In this document: piece by piece, positions 40,409-51,525 of the stretch
Layout of the letters: each line of letters opens with the position of its first letter
Numbering within the stretch: the stretch's first letter is position 1
Origin: an uncultured Bacteroidia bacterium
Lineage (GTDB): Bacteria; Bacteroidota; Bacteroidia; JAIBAJ01
DNA: 64,000 nucleotides
Assembly: GCA_965284645.1 (NCBI GenBank)
Contig: OZ260106.1
Coordinates: 2,328,962 to 2,392,961, forward strand
Direction: 5' to 3'
Made by a program: the position numbers and the translations under genes
Notes under the pieces: model-generated
The model's database searches: none
What the model saw: the letters and a program-made list of their open reading frames with translations, nothing else
Told to the model about the DNA's origin: nothing

Positions 40409-40473
40409 AAGTATCCATTTCAGGTATGGGAGCAGTTTTTTTTCATGGGGTTTGACTAATTGATAGAAAACTT

Positions 40474-42312
40474 ATGGCATACGATTCGATGCAAAGCTGT
40501 TTGGCCTTTTTAGAAAAGAATGGTCAATTGCTTAGGATAAAAGAAGAAGTGGATCCTTATTTAGAGGCAGCGGCCATACATCTTCGGGTATTTGAAAACC
40601 AAGGTCCTGCTCTCTTGTTTGAAAATCTTAAAGGAACCAAGTTTCCAGCCGTTTCTAATATTTTCGGCACTTTGGATCGCAGCCGATTAATATTCAAAGA
40701 CAGTTTGGAAGAGGTTAAAACCATGGTAAATCTAAGGGCCAACCCTATGGAAGCCATCAAACATCCTTTTTCTTATATCAAAACAGGATTAGCCGCAGTT
40801 TCAGCTTTACCCATGAAGGTTTCAACGGGCCCGGTTCTTTGGAAAGAATGTAAAATCAGCGATATTCCTCCTATTGTGAATTGGCCTAAGGATGGTGGTC
40901 CTTTCGTAACTCTTCCGATAGTCTACACCGAGGATGTCGAATCGCCTGGAATCATGAAGGCCAATATGGGAATGTATCGTATTCAACTTTCAGGAAATAA
41001 CTATGCGAAAGATAAAGAAATTGGACTTCATTACCAGCTTCATCGCGGAATAGGTGTGCACCAGGCAAAGTCAAACGCCTTGGGTAAACCATTAAAAGTT
41101 TCAATTTTTGTAGGAGGCCCTCCTTCTCATTCCGTTGCGGCCGTAATGCCTTTGCCCGAAGGTATTTCTGAAGCAACATTTGCCGGTGTGCTCGGACAAA
41201 GGCGTTTTAGATACACTTACCGCGATGGTTTTTGTATCAGTACCGAAGCCGATTTTGTTATTACGGGTGAAGTTTACCCCAATGAAAACAAACCCGAAGG
41301 TCCTTTTGGTGACCACCTCGGTTATTACAGCCTAACCCATGATTTTCCATTGCTTAGGGTGCATAAAGTTTGGCACCGTGAAAATGCGGTTTGGCCGTTT
41401 ACCGTGGTGGGGCGTCCCCCTCAAGAAGATACCAGTTTCGGCGCTTTGATACATGATATAGTTGGTGGTGGTATATCGAGCGAAATACCTGGTTTGCAAG
41501 AAGTACATGCAGTAGATGCGGCTGGGGTTCACCCTTTGTTATTGGCCATTGGAAAGGAACGATACACGCCATATATGCCAGTTGTACAGCCTCAAGAGAT
41601 TTTGACCATAGCCAATCATGTGCTTGGAACCGGACAGCTTTCTTTGGCTAAGTTTTTATTTATTTCTGCGCCGGCACCGGGTCGAAGCTTAGATACCCAT
41701 GATATTGCCCATTTCTTTCAAGATTATTTAGAAAGGTTTGAACCGGCAAGAGATATTCACTTTTATACCAAAACATCAATCGATACCTTAGATTATAGCG
41801 GTGATGGACTCAATACGGGTTCTAAGGTTGTTTTTGCCTGCGCTGGGGAAAAGAAACGGGAATTGGGTACTGAAATTCCAGGAGATTTTACCTTGCCTTC
41901 CGGATTTAGCAATCCAAATGTTGTGTTACCGGGTGTTTTAGCGATTCAAGCTCCCTCTTTTTCAGGAGCAAATGTTGAAGTTGAAATTAAACGATTACAG
42001 GATCAAATCGGAACAAAAGCTTTTGATTTACAGAAGCAATTTCCTCTATGGATTCTCTGTGATGACAGCCGTTTTGTGACCCAAACCTTAAATAACTTTT
42101 TATGGGTAAGTTTTACTCGAACCAATCCAAGCCACGATATACATGGATTAATAACTCGGTTCGAAAACAAACATTGGGTATGCGAAGGTCCTGTTATCTT
42201 GGATGCAAGGATTAAACCCCACCATGCACCAGTTTTGGAAAAAGTGCCTGAAGTTGAAAGAAAAGTGGATAGGCTAGGGGAGAAGGGTGGAAGCTTGTAT
42301 GGAATTATTTAA
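40474..42312 (+). CDS. UbiD-family (prenylated-FMN-dependent) decarboxylase, menaquinone/ubiquinone biosynthesis type
   Basis: 612 aa, UbiD-like throughout ('MAYDSMQSCLAFLEKNGQL...'). Confidence 0.75.
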   Translation: MAYDSMQSCLAFLEKNGQLLRIKEEVDPYLEAAAIHLRVFENQGPALLFENLKGTKFPAVSNIFGTLDRSRLIFKDSLEEVKTMVNLRANPMEAIKHPFSYIKTGLAAVSALPMKVSTGPVLWKECKISDIPPIVNWPKDGGPFVTLPIVYTEDVESPGIMKANMGMYRIQLSGNNYAKDKEIGLHYQLHRGIGVHQAKSNALGKPLKVSIFVGGPPSHSVAAVMPLPEGISEATFAGVLGQRRFRYTYRDGFCISTEADFVITGEVYPNENKPEGPFGDHLGYYSLTHDFPLLRVHKVWHRENAVWPFTVVGRPPQEDTSFGALIHDIVGGGISSEIPGLQEVHAVDAAGVHPLLLAIGKERYTPYMPVVQPQEILTIANHVLGTGQLSLAKFLFISAPAPGRSLDTHDIAHFFQDYLERFEPARDIHFYTKTSIDTLDYSGDGLNTGSKVVFACAGEKKRELGTEIPGDFTLPSGFSNPNVVLPGVLAIQAPSFSGANVEVEIKRLQDQIGTKAFDLQKQFPLWILCDDSRFVTQTLNNFLWVSFTRTNPSHDIHGLITRFENKHWVCEGPVILDARIKPHHAPVLEKVPEVERKVDRLGEKGGSLYGII

Positions 42313-43282
42313 CCATCCTTAAACTAATTTCATGTTGGATATCTACATTGGAAAGGCCTTCCATGCATTTGAAATGCTTTTTTGGACATTGGGAAAAGCC
42401 TAGTTTGGAGCATGGTCGACAAGAGAGATCCTTTATTTCAAAGTTGGAAATGTTTTCATTAACTTGATAAGCAAACATGCCAAATGCTGGAATTGTATTT
42501 CCCCAAAGAACAATGGAAGGTTTACGAAAGGCTGCTGCGATATGCATCATGCCAGTGTCGTTGGTTAGAACCAGTTGTGCATTTTTAACTAATTCCGCAG
42601 ATTGGTCTAAACTGCATTTTCCACAAAGGTTAAGCACATGGGATAATTTATCGCCAATTAAATCGCCTTGTTCTGCATCTTCTTTCCCTCCAAGCAAAAC
42701 ACAGGGGTAAGGCAATTTTGAAAGAATATCCTTGATTTTATGGGCTGGAAACCGTTTAGTAAAATGAGTGCCACCTATCGCCCAGGCTAAATAAGGTTTA
42801 TGAAAACTTTCAGGGAGAGAAATTGCTTGAAAATCCTTTTGGAAGAAGTAGTCCAACCCTTTTCCGTCGTTATTAATTCCTAATTTAGAAAGGGCATTAA
42901 AATAGCGATCAACCAAATGTATTGTAGGTAATTTGTTGACTTTCAAGTTTACAGCCATCCATTTTTCGATATTCAGTTTATCAAAACTTAGAGCTGGTTT
43001 TCGGAGGGCTAAAACAATTTGGGCCGATCGTAGGTTTTTATGCAGGTCGATTACGCAGGAATAATTCTCTTTTTGGAGTGCAGAAATGGTCAACGAAAGG
43101 GAATTCGTAAACGTGAAAACCTTATCTAGGTAAGGGTTTGATAAGACTAAACTTTCATACGACTTTTTTGTCAGGAAATGGACTTCAGCCCCAGGAATTT
43201 GGGTTTTAATAGCACGTATAACTGGGCTTGTAAGAACAATATCTCCAATTGAACTAAACCGAATAAGCAGAAATTTTGCCAA
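42305..43282 (-). CDS. Glycosyltransferase family 9 (LPS heptosyltransferase-like)
   Basis: 'MAKFLLIRFSSIGDIVLTSPVIRAIK' GT9 N-terminus. Confidence 0.8.
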   Translation of the reverse strand: MAKFLLIRFSSIGDIVLTSPVIRAIKTQIPGAEVHFLTKKSYESLVLSNPYLDKVFTFTNSLSLTISALQKENYSCVIDLHKNLRSAQIVLALRKPALSFDKLNIEKWMAVNLKVNKLPTIHLVDRYFNALSKLGINNDGKGLDYFFQKDFQAISLPESFHKPYLAWAIGGTHFTKRFPAHKIKDILSKLPYPCVLLGGKEDAEQGDLIGDKLSHVLNLCGKCSLDQSAELVKNAQLVLTNDTGMMHIAAAFRKPSIVLWGNTIPAFGMFAYQVNENISNFEIKDLSCRPCSKLGFSQCPKKHFKCMEGLSNVDIQHEISLRMVK

Positions 43283-43293
43283 GAGAAAACAAA

Positions 43294-45777
43294 TTAGGAG
43301 GCCAATTTACCAGAATTGGCTTTCTCCATGATTTCGGCCACTAAGTTAGCCAAGTCGTCCTTTTTAATTGGTTTATGCAAAATAGCATTCATTCCTGAAG
43401 ACAAGGCTGAATTTCTGGCATTTTCAAAAACATCTGCGGAAACACCAAGGATGGGCAAATTGGATTTCGAACTGTTTTCAAGTTTTCGGATACGCCTAGT
43501 CGTTTCAAAACCATCCATTCCTGGCATATGGAAATCCATTAAGATAAAAAGATATTGGTTTTTATCAATCAAATCCAATGCTTCTTGTCCACCCATGGCA
43601 CATTCCACCTCATAGCCTAAACTCTTAAGCATTAAACCAATTATTTTTTGGTTAACAGTATTATCATCTACACTAAGGACTTTCCTGTTTTTTGCCAAAG
43701 GCATAGTTAAAACCTTAGGTTTTTCTTCCATGATTTTTACCTCTGGCACTGGAACAACCACCTTATTCGATTCAAAATCATTAAGTACCAAAATAAATTC
43801 AGAACCTTGCCCTATTACAGACTTGACTAAAATATCGCCACTCATTAATTCCGCCAATTTTTTGGCAATGGGCAATCCTAGACCACTTCCACCAAAAATT
43901 CGGGTTATGTTTTCTTCGGCCTGGGTGAACTTTTCAAAAATATATTTTTGTTTTTCAGGGGCAATTCCAATTCCAGAATCTTTTACTGAAAACAACAATT
44001 GTTTCCCATCTGGGCTATGGCAAATAGTAAATTTAATATTTCCTTCGGTGGTAAATTTGATAGCGTTGTTAAGTAAATTCCCTAAAATTTGGAACATACG
44101 AACAGGATCTCCTTTAATCATTGCAGGAACCTTTTCATCAAGGTTTAATTCAAAGTGCAAGCCTTTTGCCTTAGATTGGATATAATAATTCCGGCTAAGT
44201 TCTTTGATCAAGGCATGGAGATTAAAATCGGTTTTTAATAGAGAGAGTTTACCTGCTTCAATTTTGCTGTAATCTAAGATATCATTGATAATTACCATTA
44301 AATTATCAGCTGAAAACTTGATGCTTTGCACAAATTCTTTCTCTTTTTGTCCAAGGTTTTCGGCCATCAGAAGGTCGGTAAATCCAACAATACCATTCAT
44401 AGGCGTTCGGATTTCATGACTCATATTGCTCAGGAAATCGGATTTGGCTTTTAAGGCATTTTCAGCACGGATATTGGCCAATTTAAGCTCTTTGTTTCTT
44501 TTCTTTTGTACTATGGTAAAGCGTAAACTAAAGGATGCGAAAATGGCTACAATTAACATTATTGCCAGCATTACACGCAACCTAAAGGATTGTTCCTTGA
44601 TTTTTCCGTCTGCCTTGGTTTTGTCCATTTTGGCTTCAGAGATTTGTTTATCTAGTTTATGGATTTCATCTTGACTTGTAGCCAATTCGAATGCCTGCTG
44701 CATTTGTCTGACGAGAATATCATCCTTCATGTCAGCCAACTTTTGATAATAAGAAAAGGCCAATTCGGAACGACCCGTATTTTTGAAAATATCAATTAAG
44801 TTGTTGTAAGCCGCACTGATTAATGGATCGGATTTAGCAATTTTGGCATTATCGGTGGCTTGGTTTAATAAGCTTTCTGCTTTAGCAAATTCTTTTTTGT
44901 CTTTGTATATTTCGGCCCAACGAAGGTACATTTTTGCTAAGGGCGCATAGGCTCTTTCTTTTTCAAAATAGGCTTTGGAAAAGGCAAAGCATGAATCAGA
45001 TTTTGGGTAATTCCCAGTCAGAGCATATAATTCACCTTTGATGGAGTATACATTGGCTAATTGAAGGGAATCACCAATTTTCAAGTTGTATTCACTGGCC
45101 TTGTTTAAACAAACTTCGGCAGAATCCGGAATATTTAATCGAATGTAGTCGATTCCAATGGATTTGTAGGAATGGGCCATTAAGCTGTGGTCCTTTGAAC
45201 CTTGCCTTAATTCTAACCCCATTTTGTGGTTTTCTAAGGCTGCTTTGTAGTTTTCATTTTGAAAATGAACCAATCCTTCGTTGTTTAAGGAAACGGCTAA
45301 GGAGAATCGATATTTCGGTGAGCTTTTTCCTAGTTTAATACCTTTTCTATAATATTCCAATGCCTTATTAAAGTCATTTATTTCAAAATAGCAGTTTCCT
45401 ATATCATTGTACGTATATATTTCTGCATCAATATTTTTCATTTCCTTGATAATGGCCAAGGAACGCATAAAATACTCTATAGAGAGGGAGTAGTTTCCGC
45501 TAGCTCTATAAATTTCACCCATATGGTGATACAATTGTTGAACTTCATTTTTATCATTTATTCGTTCTGCTAGGTCCAGGGCTTTAATTACATAACCATG
45601 AGCTTTAGCTGGATCCTTTAAAGCATAGTGATTATAAAGGTTTTTGAGTAGTTTGATATTCTCACGGATATCAGTTGGATTATGATTTTCAGTCAGCTCA
45701 GTATCCTCTTGGTCTCCTTGGCCAATAGCAAGCCAATTGGTGCATAAAAAAGAAGAAAAAAGTATAGGTTTTTTCAT
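43294..45777 (-). CDS. Hybrid sensor histidine kinase/response regulator with periplasmic TPR-repeat domain
   Basis: Signal peptide, about 330 aa of TPR repeats, a transmembrane helix, HisKA 'SHEIRTPMNG', HATPase and a C-terminal REC ('LSVDDN...MDFHMPGMDG'). Confidence 0.9.
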   Translation of the reverse strand: MKKPILFSSFLCTNWLAIGQGDQEDTELTENHNPTDIRENIKLLKNLYNHYALKDPAKAHGYVIKALDLAERINDKNEVQQLYHHMGEIYRASGNYSLSIEYFMRSLAIIKEMKNIDAEIYTYNDIGNCYFEINDFNKALEYYRKGIKLGKSSPKYRFSLAVSLNNEGLVHFQNENYKAALENHKMGLELRQGSKDHSLMAHSYKSIGIDYIRLNIPDSAEVCLNKASEYNLKIGDSLQLANVYSIKGELYALTGNYPKSDSCFAFSKAYFEKERAYAPLAKMYLRWAEIYKDKKEFAKAESLLNQATDNAKIAKSDPLISAAYNNLIDIFKNTGRSELAFSYYQKLADMKDDILVRQMQQAFELATSQDEIHKLDKQISEAKMDKTKADGKIKEQSFRLRVMLAIMLIVAIFASFSLRFTIVQKKRNKELKLANIRAENALKAKSDFLSNMSHEIRTPMNGIVGFTDLLMAENLGQKEKEFVQSIKFSADNLMVIINDILDYSKIEAGKLSLLKTDFNLHALIKELSRNYYIQSKAKGLHFELNLDEKVPAMIKGDPVRMFQILGNLLNNAIKFTTEGNIKFTICHSPDGKQLLFSVKDSGIGIAPEKQKYIFEKFTQAEENITRIFGGSGLGLPIAKKLAELMSGDILVKSVIGQGSEFILVLNDFESNKVVVPVPEVKIMEEKPKVLTMPLAKNRKVLSVDDNTVNQKIIGLMLKSLGYEVECAMGGQEALDLIDKNQYLFILMDFHMPGMDGFETTRRIRKLENSSKSNLPILGVSADVFENARNSALSSGMNAILHKPIKKDDLANLVAEIMEKANSGKLAS

Positions 45778-45958
45778 TTAACAACAGCAATCAAGGGTTC
45801 TAACTTTTTTTTAACGGTTTTGTTTCATAAATGCCAGCTAAATCGATTAAACTACCTGTTTTTTAAGGTGCTTATCGTTTTTTTCGTTAAAAGTTCTGAA
45901 TGGATTTGAACCAGCGTAAAATGGTAGTATTTTTAGAAACCATTTTAAACAACAAATT

Positions 45959-46612
45959 ATGTTAGCAAGGAAGTTTTACTTTTTACTTGCCCTAAGCTTG
46001 CTTTCCTTTAGCCTGACGGGCTGTTTTATAGCCACGTCCTATACCCATGCATCCTACAAAAGAGCAATGCCTCATGTTCCTTTTGATGCTGTAATTGTTC
46101 CAGGTGTTCCTTTCGGAGATTCGGCTACGAGCTCTGTTTTTAGAGCAAGAATTTTATGGGCTAAGTATTTATTTGATCAAAAATTAACCAAGAATATTAT
46201 TTTTTCAGGAGCGGCAGTTTATAGTCCTTATGAAGAAGGAAAGATTATGAAAATGATTGCCGATAGTTTAGGTGTTCCATCCAAAAATACCTTTTCTGAA
46301 ACGGTAGCTGAGCATAGTACCGAGAATGTCTACTATTCTTGGAAAATGGCTCAGAAATTAGGATTTGAGAATGTTGCCCTGGCCACAGATCCCTTTCAAA
46401 CTATCATGGTTCAATCTTTTATAGAGAAATATTGCCCCGATGTAAAAACAATACCTATTATATTTCAACGAATTGATATGGATTCAAAATCATGGCTTCC
46501 TAAAATAAATCCAGAATTAGCCCAAAAGGAAGGCTTTGTCAATTTGGAACATAGGGAATCCTTTTGGGAGAGGTTTAAAGGTACGAGAGGAAAGAAAATT
46601 AAGTTTGATTAG
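45959..46612 (+). CDS. DUF218 (ElyC/YdcF/SanA) family protein
   Basis: 'AVIVPGVPFGD' and 'STENVYYS' DUF218 pattern; N-terminal signal/transmembrane segment. Confidence 0.6.
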   Translation: MLARKFYFLLALSLLSFSLTGCFIATSYTHASYKRAMPHVPFDAVIVPGVPFGDSATSSVFRARILWAKYLFDQKLTKNIIFSGAAVYSPYEEGKIMKMIADSLGVPSKNTFSETVAEHSTENVYYSWKMAQKLGFENVALATDPFQTIMVQSFIEKYCPDVKTIPIIFQRIDMDSKSWLPKINPELAQKEGFVNLEHRESFWERFKGTRGKKIKFD

Positions 46613-47634
46613 TTTGAATGGCTCTTAATTTTTTCAATATACAGTCTTAGGTTACCGTGATAATTTTTATGGTAATCTTTTTCCAAACTATCTTGAAGTT
46701 TTCCATATCTCGAAAAACCCATGATGTAGTCATTTCCTTCTAAATACAAGTACTTTCCACTTTTAATGTAATTTGTTTTTTCGTTTTTTGAAATAGGGAG
46801 TTGAAAAAGTCCCTTATAGATATTTCGAAAGACCTTTCTTTTTTCTTTTTCTAAATTTTGCCTTTCAATTGTTTGATAAATGTTTGCTAAAGAATCTTTA
46901 TAGCTCATATAATAGGTGTTCACCACTTTTTCGGCATATAAAGTTTCTTTGAATTTATTAAGATTTAGGGTATCATTTTTAAACTTGAAATAGGCAATTG
47001 CTCCTTTGTTTCCGATAAAGTCTGCTAGGTTTTCGCTGTAGTCAACATCTGAACCAAGGTAAACAGTTCCATGTACCATTTCATGAAGAATTAAGGCAAC
47101 CAAACTGCCATCTTCTTTGTTAAGCATACTTGAAAGAATAGGGTCGCGAAACCAACCTAAGGTACTCCAACCGGAAACCTTGCCAATTCCTGTTTCCCAA
47201 CCTTCCATTTGTAATTGAATAGCCTCTTTCTTGGCTTCCTCCCAAGTAAAGAAACCTTTATAGCTTAGGTTGCCGATAAATGGAAATTTCCATTTTTTTT
47301 CCTCAAAGGAATAAGGTTTACATCCTGTAACAACCCAAACTAAGGGTTTACCTTTTTGATCAAAAATATTTTCGAAATTTCCATTGTCTATCAAACCTAA
47401 TTGAGAAACGCCGAATTTTTTAACATCTTCAATGAGCTTTATTTTTCTTTTTTGGTCCGCAGTCCATTGTGGGGAAGAAAGGACTTTTTCGTTTGATTCA
47501 GCAAGTAGGAGAATTCTGAATTGTCCATAAGCGGATTGAAGGCCATATCCAATTAAGGATCCATAACTAGCCCAAATAAAAAGAAAAATCCCAAATCCAA
47601 AACCTAAAAAGAGTCTGAATTTGGGATTCTTCAT
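46609..47634 (-). CDS. Putative Zn-dependent aminopeptidase (DUF2265-like; HEMVH motif)
   Basis: N-terminal transmembrane/signal segment and 'LILHEMVHGTVY'. Confidence 0.5.
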   Translation of the reverse strand: MKNPKFRLFLGFGFGIFLFIWASYGSLIGYGLQSAYGQFRILLLAESNEKVLSSPQWTADQKRKIKLIEDVKKFGVSQLGLIDNGNFENIFDQKGKPLVWVVTGCKPYSFEEKKWKFPFIGNLSYKGFFTWEEAKKEAIQLQMEGWETGIGKVSGWSTLGWFRDPILSSMLNKEDGSLVALILHEMVHGTVYLGSDVDYSENLADFIGNKGAIAYFKFKNDTLNLNKFKETLYAEKVVNTYYMSYKDSLANIYQTIERQNLEKEKRKVFRNIYKGLFQLPISKNEKTNYIKSGKYLYLEGNDYIMGFSRYGKLQDSLEKDYHKNYHGNLRLYIEKIKSHSN

Positions 47635-47646
47635 ATGAATTTCTAA

Positions 47647-50600
47647 TTAATCAGCTTTTGAAACCTTATAATTAATTTGAACATCTTTAAGGCGATAGGT
47701 TGAATTAAATAATGCTGAAGTAACAGAAGGAATTGAAACGACAACATAATAAGAAAAACTGGCATTGTTTATAGTTTCACCGGTTGGCGCAAGCGTTAAT
47801 GCTTGAACTCCAGAACTTACGGAAGAGGTAGCAGAGGCAATAACTGTTGGTGCCACACCATTTGAATTATAAGGCATCTTCTCGAAAGAAACACTAATAT
47901 TCGAATTGCCTAAATCATACACATTAAAGGTTAAATTTGTTATGGATGCTCCATCAGGCAATCGTACAGGAGCTACTGCTCGTCTAAAAGATGAAGCTGT
48001 AATTGATCCCGAAAAGTATAAATAGGGTTCAGAGATAGTGCTAAACAAGTAATTATACATTTCTACGCCATCATTGGTGGGAATATCACCTCCAACCCTT
48101 TTTACGAAGTCATAAGGATTTAAAGTTAAATACCTTGTTTGTACTGTTGTATAGCTATATTCACCTCCTGTTTTAAAACCTTGGCTTCCTGTTATTGTAT
48201 TTGTACCTAAAACATCTCCTTCTACATATAATTTATAAGAAGCTTCGCTTGTTCCAATTGAAACATTCCCATTGAACAATGCATTTCCGCCATTGACATG
48301 CAATTTGGTTAAAGGTGCAGTGGTTCCAATTCCAACATTGCCAGCTGGTGAAATAGTTAACCTTGGTGTTGCTTGAATGGTAAGGTGAAGCGCTCCAGCT
48401 GTATTTCCTGCACCAGTTCCGAAGTCAATATCTCTTGGAGAAACTGAAGAAGCAAAGGAACCTAAATATCCATTATACACACCATCTTCGAATAAACCAA
48501 TATAGCCATTTGTCCCCATGTCAAAAATGGAAGTTAAAGCTGTGGAAGATTTTACATGAAGTTTTGCGGAAGTAGTCGTTGTGCCTATTCCGATATTGGT
48601 GCCATTGTCATAAATATTACTATCCTCTAATTTAAATGCAGTGGAATTCCATCTTGGTACATACTTATTGGATAACGCACCTACACGTGGATCCGTTTCA
48701 CCATTTGAAATTGCTGCTGATAGGCTAATCCATTCAGGACGGCTATTCAGTGAATTCCATCCCATGTAATAATCTGCTGCACCGTTCGTGCCATTAAGTG
48801 TAATATCTCCTGAAATGCTCGCTCCAGAGGCAACTTTAAAACTACCATTTACATCTAATCTGGCTTGAGGAAATGTAGTTCCAACACCAACATTAGTGCC
48901 ATCATAATACATGGAGGTATTGCCAAGTTCGCCTGCATCATCAAACCAAAAAGGCATCATACCGTCTGTAAGTGAACCAACGCGTGGATCGGCTTCATCA
49001 CTCCATTTTAAATATCCATTTGCATCGGCACGTAAAATTTGGTCTGTTGCACCGTAACCATTGGACGTTACAATAACCGAACTATTTAATATTGTTTCTG
49101 AATTATCCGCAAATTTTATTTTTCCATATTGAGGACCTAATTCTACATCATAATAGGTTGGTGTTCCATTCACTCCTACCAATGTGTTTCCAGAAGGACC
49201 TTGAATTACTGTTATAGAATTATCAATGACCCATTGAGAACCATCCCAATGAGGCGTTTGTCCGTTGGCGGTTCCATTTGCAAAAGAGCCTGTTGCACCA
49301 GTTGCGCCAGTGGCTCCAGTTGCACCAGTCGAACCAGCAGCACCTGTTGCACCAGTAGCTCCATTCGTTCCGTTTGTGCCAGCTGTACCAGTTGCACCTG
49401 TAGCTCCAGTTGCACCAGTTGCGCCATTCGTACCGTTTGTGCCAGCTGTACCAGTTGCACCTGTAGCTCCAGTTGCACCTGTTGCGCCATTCGTACCGTT
49501 TGTGCCAGCTGCACCAGTTGCACCTGTAGCTCCAGTTGCACCAGTTGCGCCATTAGTACCGTTTGTGCCAGCTGTACCAGTTGCACCTGTAGCACCTGTA
49601 GCTCCATTGGAACCATTCGTACCAGCAGCACCTGTTGCGCCAGTTGGGCCTGTTGCACCGGTAGCTCCATTAGTTCCGTTTGTGCCAGCTGCACCTGTGG
49701 CACCTGTTGGGCCTGTAGCACCAGTAGCTCCATTTGTACCGTTTGTGCCAGCTGTACCAGTTGCACCTGTAGCTCCAGTTGCACCTGTTGCTCCATTAGT
49801 ACCGTTTGTGCCAGCTGCACCTGTTGCACCTGTAGCACCTGTTGCACCTGTTGCACCTGTAGCACCTGTAGCTCCATTAGTACCGTTTATGCCTGCTGTA
49901 CCAGTAGCACCTGTAGCACCAGTTGCACCAGTTGCACCAGTTGCTCCATTGGTACCGTTTGTACCAGCCGCACCTGTAGCACCTGTAGCACCAGTTGCGC
50001 CATTGGTACCGTTTGTACCTGCTGCACCTGTAGCACCTGTAGCACCTGTAGCACCTGTAGCACCAGTTGCTCCATTGGTACCGTTTGTACCAGCCGCACC
50101 TGTAACACCTGTAGCACCTGTAGCACCAGTTGCTCCATTAGTGCCGTTTGTGCCAGCTGCACCAGTAGCACCTGTTGCACCAGTTGCTCCATTGGTACCG
50201 TTTGTACCAGCCGCACCTGTAGCACCTGTAGCACCAGTTGCTCCATTGGTACCGTTTGTACCAGCCGCACCTGTAGCACCTGTAGCACCAGTTGCTCCAT
50301 TAGTGCCGTTTGTGCCAGCTGCACCTGTAGCACCTGTAGCACCTGTAGCACCAGTTGCTCCATTGGTACCGTTTGTACCAGCAGCACCTGTAGCACCTGT
50401 AGCACCTGTTGCTCCATTGGTACCGTTTGTACCAGCCGCACCTGTAGCACCTGTAGCACCTGTAGCACCAGTTGCTCCATTGGTACCGTTTGTACCAGCC
50501 GCACCTGTAACACCTGTAGCACCTGTAGCACCAGTTGCTCCATTGGTACCGTTTGTACCAGCCGGACCTGTAACACCTGTAGCACCTGTAGCACCAGTTG

Positions 50601-51525
50601 CTCCATTAGTGCCGTTTGTGCCAGCTGCACCTGTTGCACCCGTAGCACCTGTTAATCCTGTTAATCCTGTTGGCCCCGTTGCGCCCGCAGCACCATTGGC
50701 TCCAGTAGCACCTGTTAATCCTGTTGGACCTGTTGCACCCGCAGCACCATTGGCCCCGGTAGCACCTGTTAATCCTGTTGGGCCTGTTGCCCCCGCAGCA
50801 CCATTGGCCCCAGTAGCACCTGTTAATCCTGTTGGCCCTGTTGCACCCGCAGCACCATTGGCGCCTGTTGCACCTGTTAATCCTGTTGGCCCCGTTGCAC
50901 CAGCAGCACCATTGGCGCCTGTTGCACCTGTAAGTCCGGTTGGTCCTGTTACACCATTAGCACCAGTTGCACCTGTTAATCCTGTTGGACCGGTTACTCC
51001 ATCGGCACCAGTTGCACCTGTTAATCCAGTTGGACCTGTAATACCATCAGCCCCAGTTGCCCCAGTTGCCCCAGGGTTTCCTGGATTTCCAGAATTAACA
51101 GAATATAAAGCAAAAGGAACAGATAATAATTCGGTTGTTCCTACTGTTTGAAAGTTAGTTCCACCAGTTGCATCCGCCTCAACTTCTACATAAATATCTG
51201 TACTTCCCCAAGAAATACTATTGTAGTTGCCTGAAACAGGGCTACCATTTCCAATTTTTACATTAAAAAGTCCCACGTTGTTGGTAGCAGTGCTTTGGGT
51301 TTCTTGATAAATGACTGTTCCTACTGGCGAAGCTTGGCGTAGGCTAATACGCAAGTTTACAGCTTGGTTTTGCTGAACTATACCGGCATTATTTCTAAGA
51401 ACTCCTTGGTAACTGATAAACCTGGACTGTGAAAATCCATAGAATGCCAAGCATACCGTAAAAACGAGGGTGGAAAGGACTCTTTTCATGGTTAGGCTAT
51501 GTGTAGTAAGTATATTCATGATCAT
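47647..51525 (-). CDS. Collagen-like (Gly-X-Y) triple-helix repeat surface protein with tail-fibre-like C-terminal region
   Basis: Signal peptide, then about 630 aa of uninterrupted GXY triplets ('GATGATGATGAAGTNGTN' units), then a C-terminal region with three 'N(V/I)G(V/I)GTT.P...L.V' motifs. The ATG overlaps the stop of the upstream gene (ATGA). Confidence 0.8.
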   Translation of the reverse strand: MIMNILTTHSLTMKRVLSTLVFTVCLAFYGFSQSRFISYQGVLRNNAGIVQQNQAVNLRISLRQASPVGTVIYQETQSTATNNVGLFNVKIGNGSPVSGNYNSISWGSTDIYVEVEADATGGTNFQTVGTTELLSVPFALYSVNSGNPGNPGATGATGADGITGPTGLTGATGADGVTGPTGLTGATGANGVTGPTGLTGATGANGAAGATGPTGLTGATGANGAAGATGPTGLTGATGANGAAGATGPTGLTGATGANGAAGATGPTGLTGATGANGAAGATGPTGLTGLTGATGATGAAGTNGTNGATGATGATGVTGPAGTNGTNGATGATGATGVTGAAGTNGTNGATGATGATGATGAAGTNGTNGATGATGATGAAGTNGTNGATGATGATGATGAAGTNGTNGATGATGATGAAGTNGTNGATGATGATGAAGTNGTNGATGATGATGAAGTNGTNGATGATGATGVTGAAGTNGTNGATGATGATGATGATGAAGTNGTNGATGATGATGAAGTNGTNGATGATGATGATGATGTAGINGTNGATGATGATGATGATGATGAAGTNGTNGATGATGATGATGTAGTNGTNGATGATGPTGATGAAGTNGTNGATGATGPTGATGAAGTNGSNGATGATGATGTAGTNGTNGATGATGATGATGAAGTNGTNGATGATGATGATGTAGTNGTNGATGATGATGATGTAGTNGTNGATGATGAAGSTGATGATGATGATGSFANGTANGQTPHWDGSQWVIDNSITVIQGPSGNTLVGVNGTPTYYDVELGPQYGKIKFADNSETILNSSVIVTSNGYGATDQILRADANGYLKWSDEADPRVGSLTDGMMPFWFDDAGELGNTSMYYDGTNVGVGTTFPQARLDVNGSFKVASGASISGDITLNGTNGAADYYMGWNSLNSRPEWISLSAAISNGETDPRVGALSNKYVPRWNSTAFKLEDSNIYDNGTNIGIGTTTTSAKLHVKSSTALTSIFDMGTNGYIGLFEDGVYNGYLGSFASSVSPRDIDFGTGAGNTAGALHLTIQATPRLTISPAGNVGIGTTAPLTKLHVNGGNALFNGNVSIGTSEASYKLYVEGDVLGTNTITGSQGFKTGGEYSYTTVQTRYLTLNPYDFVKRVGGDIPTNDGVEMYNYLFSTISEPYLYFSGSITASSFRRAVAPVRLPDGASITNLTFNVYDLGNSNISVSFEKMPYNSNGVAPTVIASATSSVSSGVQALTLAPTGETINNASFSYYVVVSIPSVTSALFNSTYRLKDVQINYKVSKAD
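49215..51110. repeat. Tandem 9-bp/54-bp DNA repeats encoding the collagen-like region
   Basis: Near-perfect reiteration of 'ggtgctacaggtgctaca...ggaacaaacggtaccaat' units over about 1.9 kb. The repeats produce long spurious ORFs in other frames on both strands. Confidence 0.9.

Noticed and set aside
49215-51110. Could the highly regular repeats be a CRISPR array?
   Set aside because: The repeat unit is 9/54 bp with no unique spacers, and the whole region lies in-frame inside one ORF. It is a coding tandem repeat, not a CRISPR.
49201-51151. Long ORFs on both strands inside the collagen-like gene (49201-50655 +, 49265-51151 +, 49212-49877 -, 49887-50648 -)
   Set aside because: These are low-complexity Cys/Ser/Thr, Pro/Ala/Val or Gln/Leu/Val translations of the same 9-bp tandem repeat in other frames. 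Only the Gly-X-Y frame has a signal peptide and unique flanking domains.
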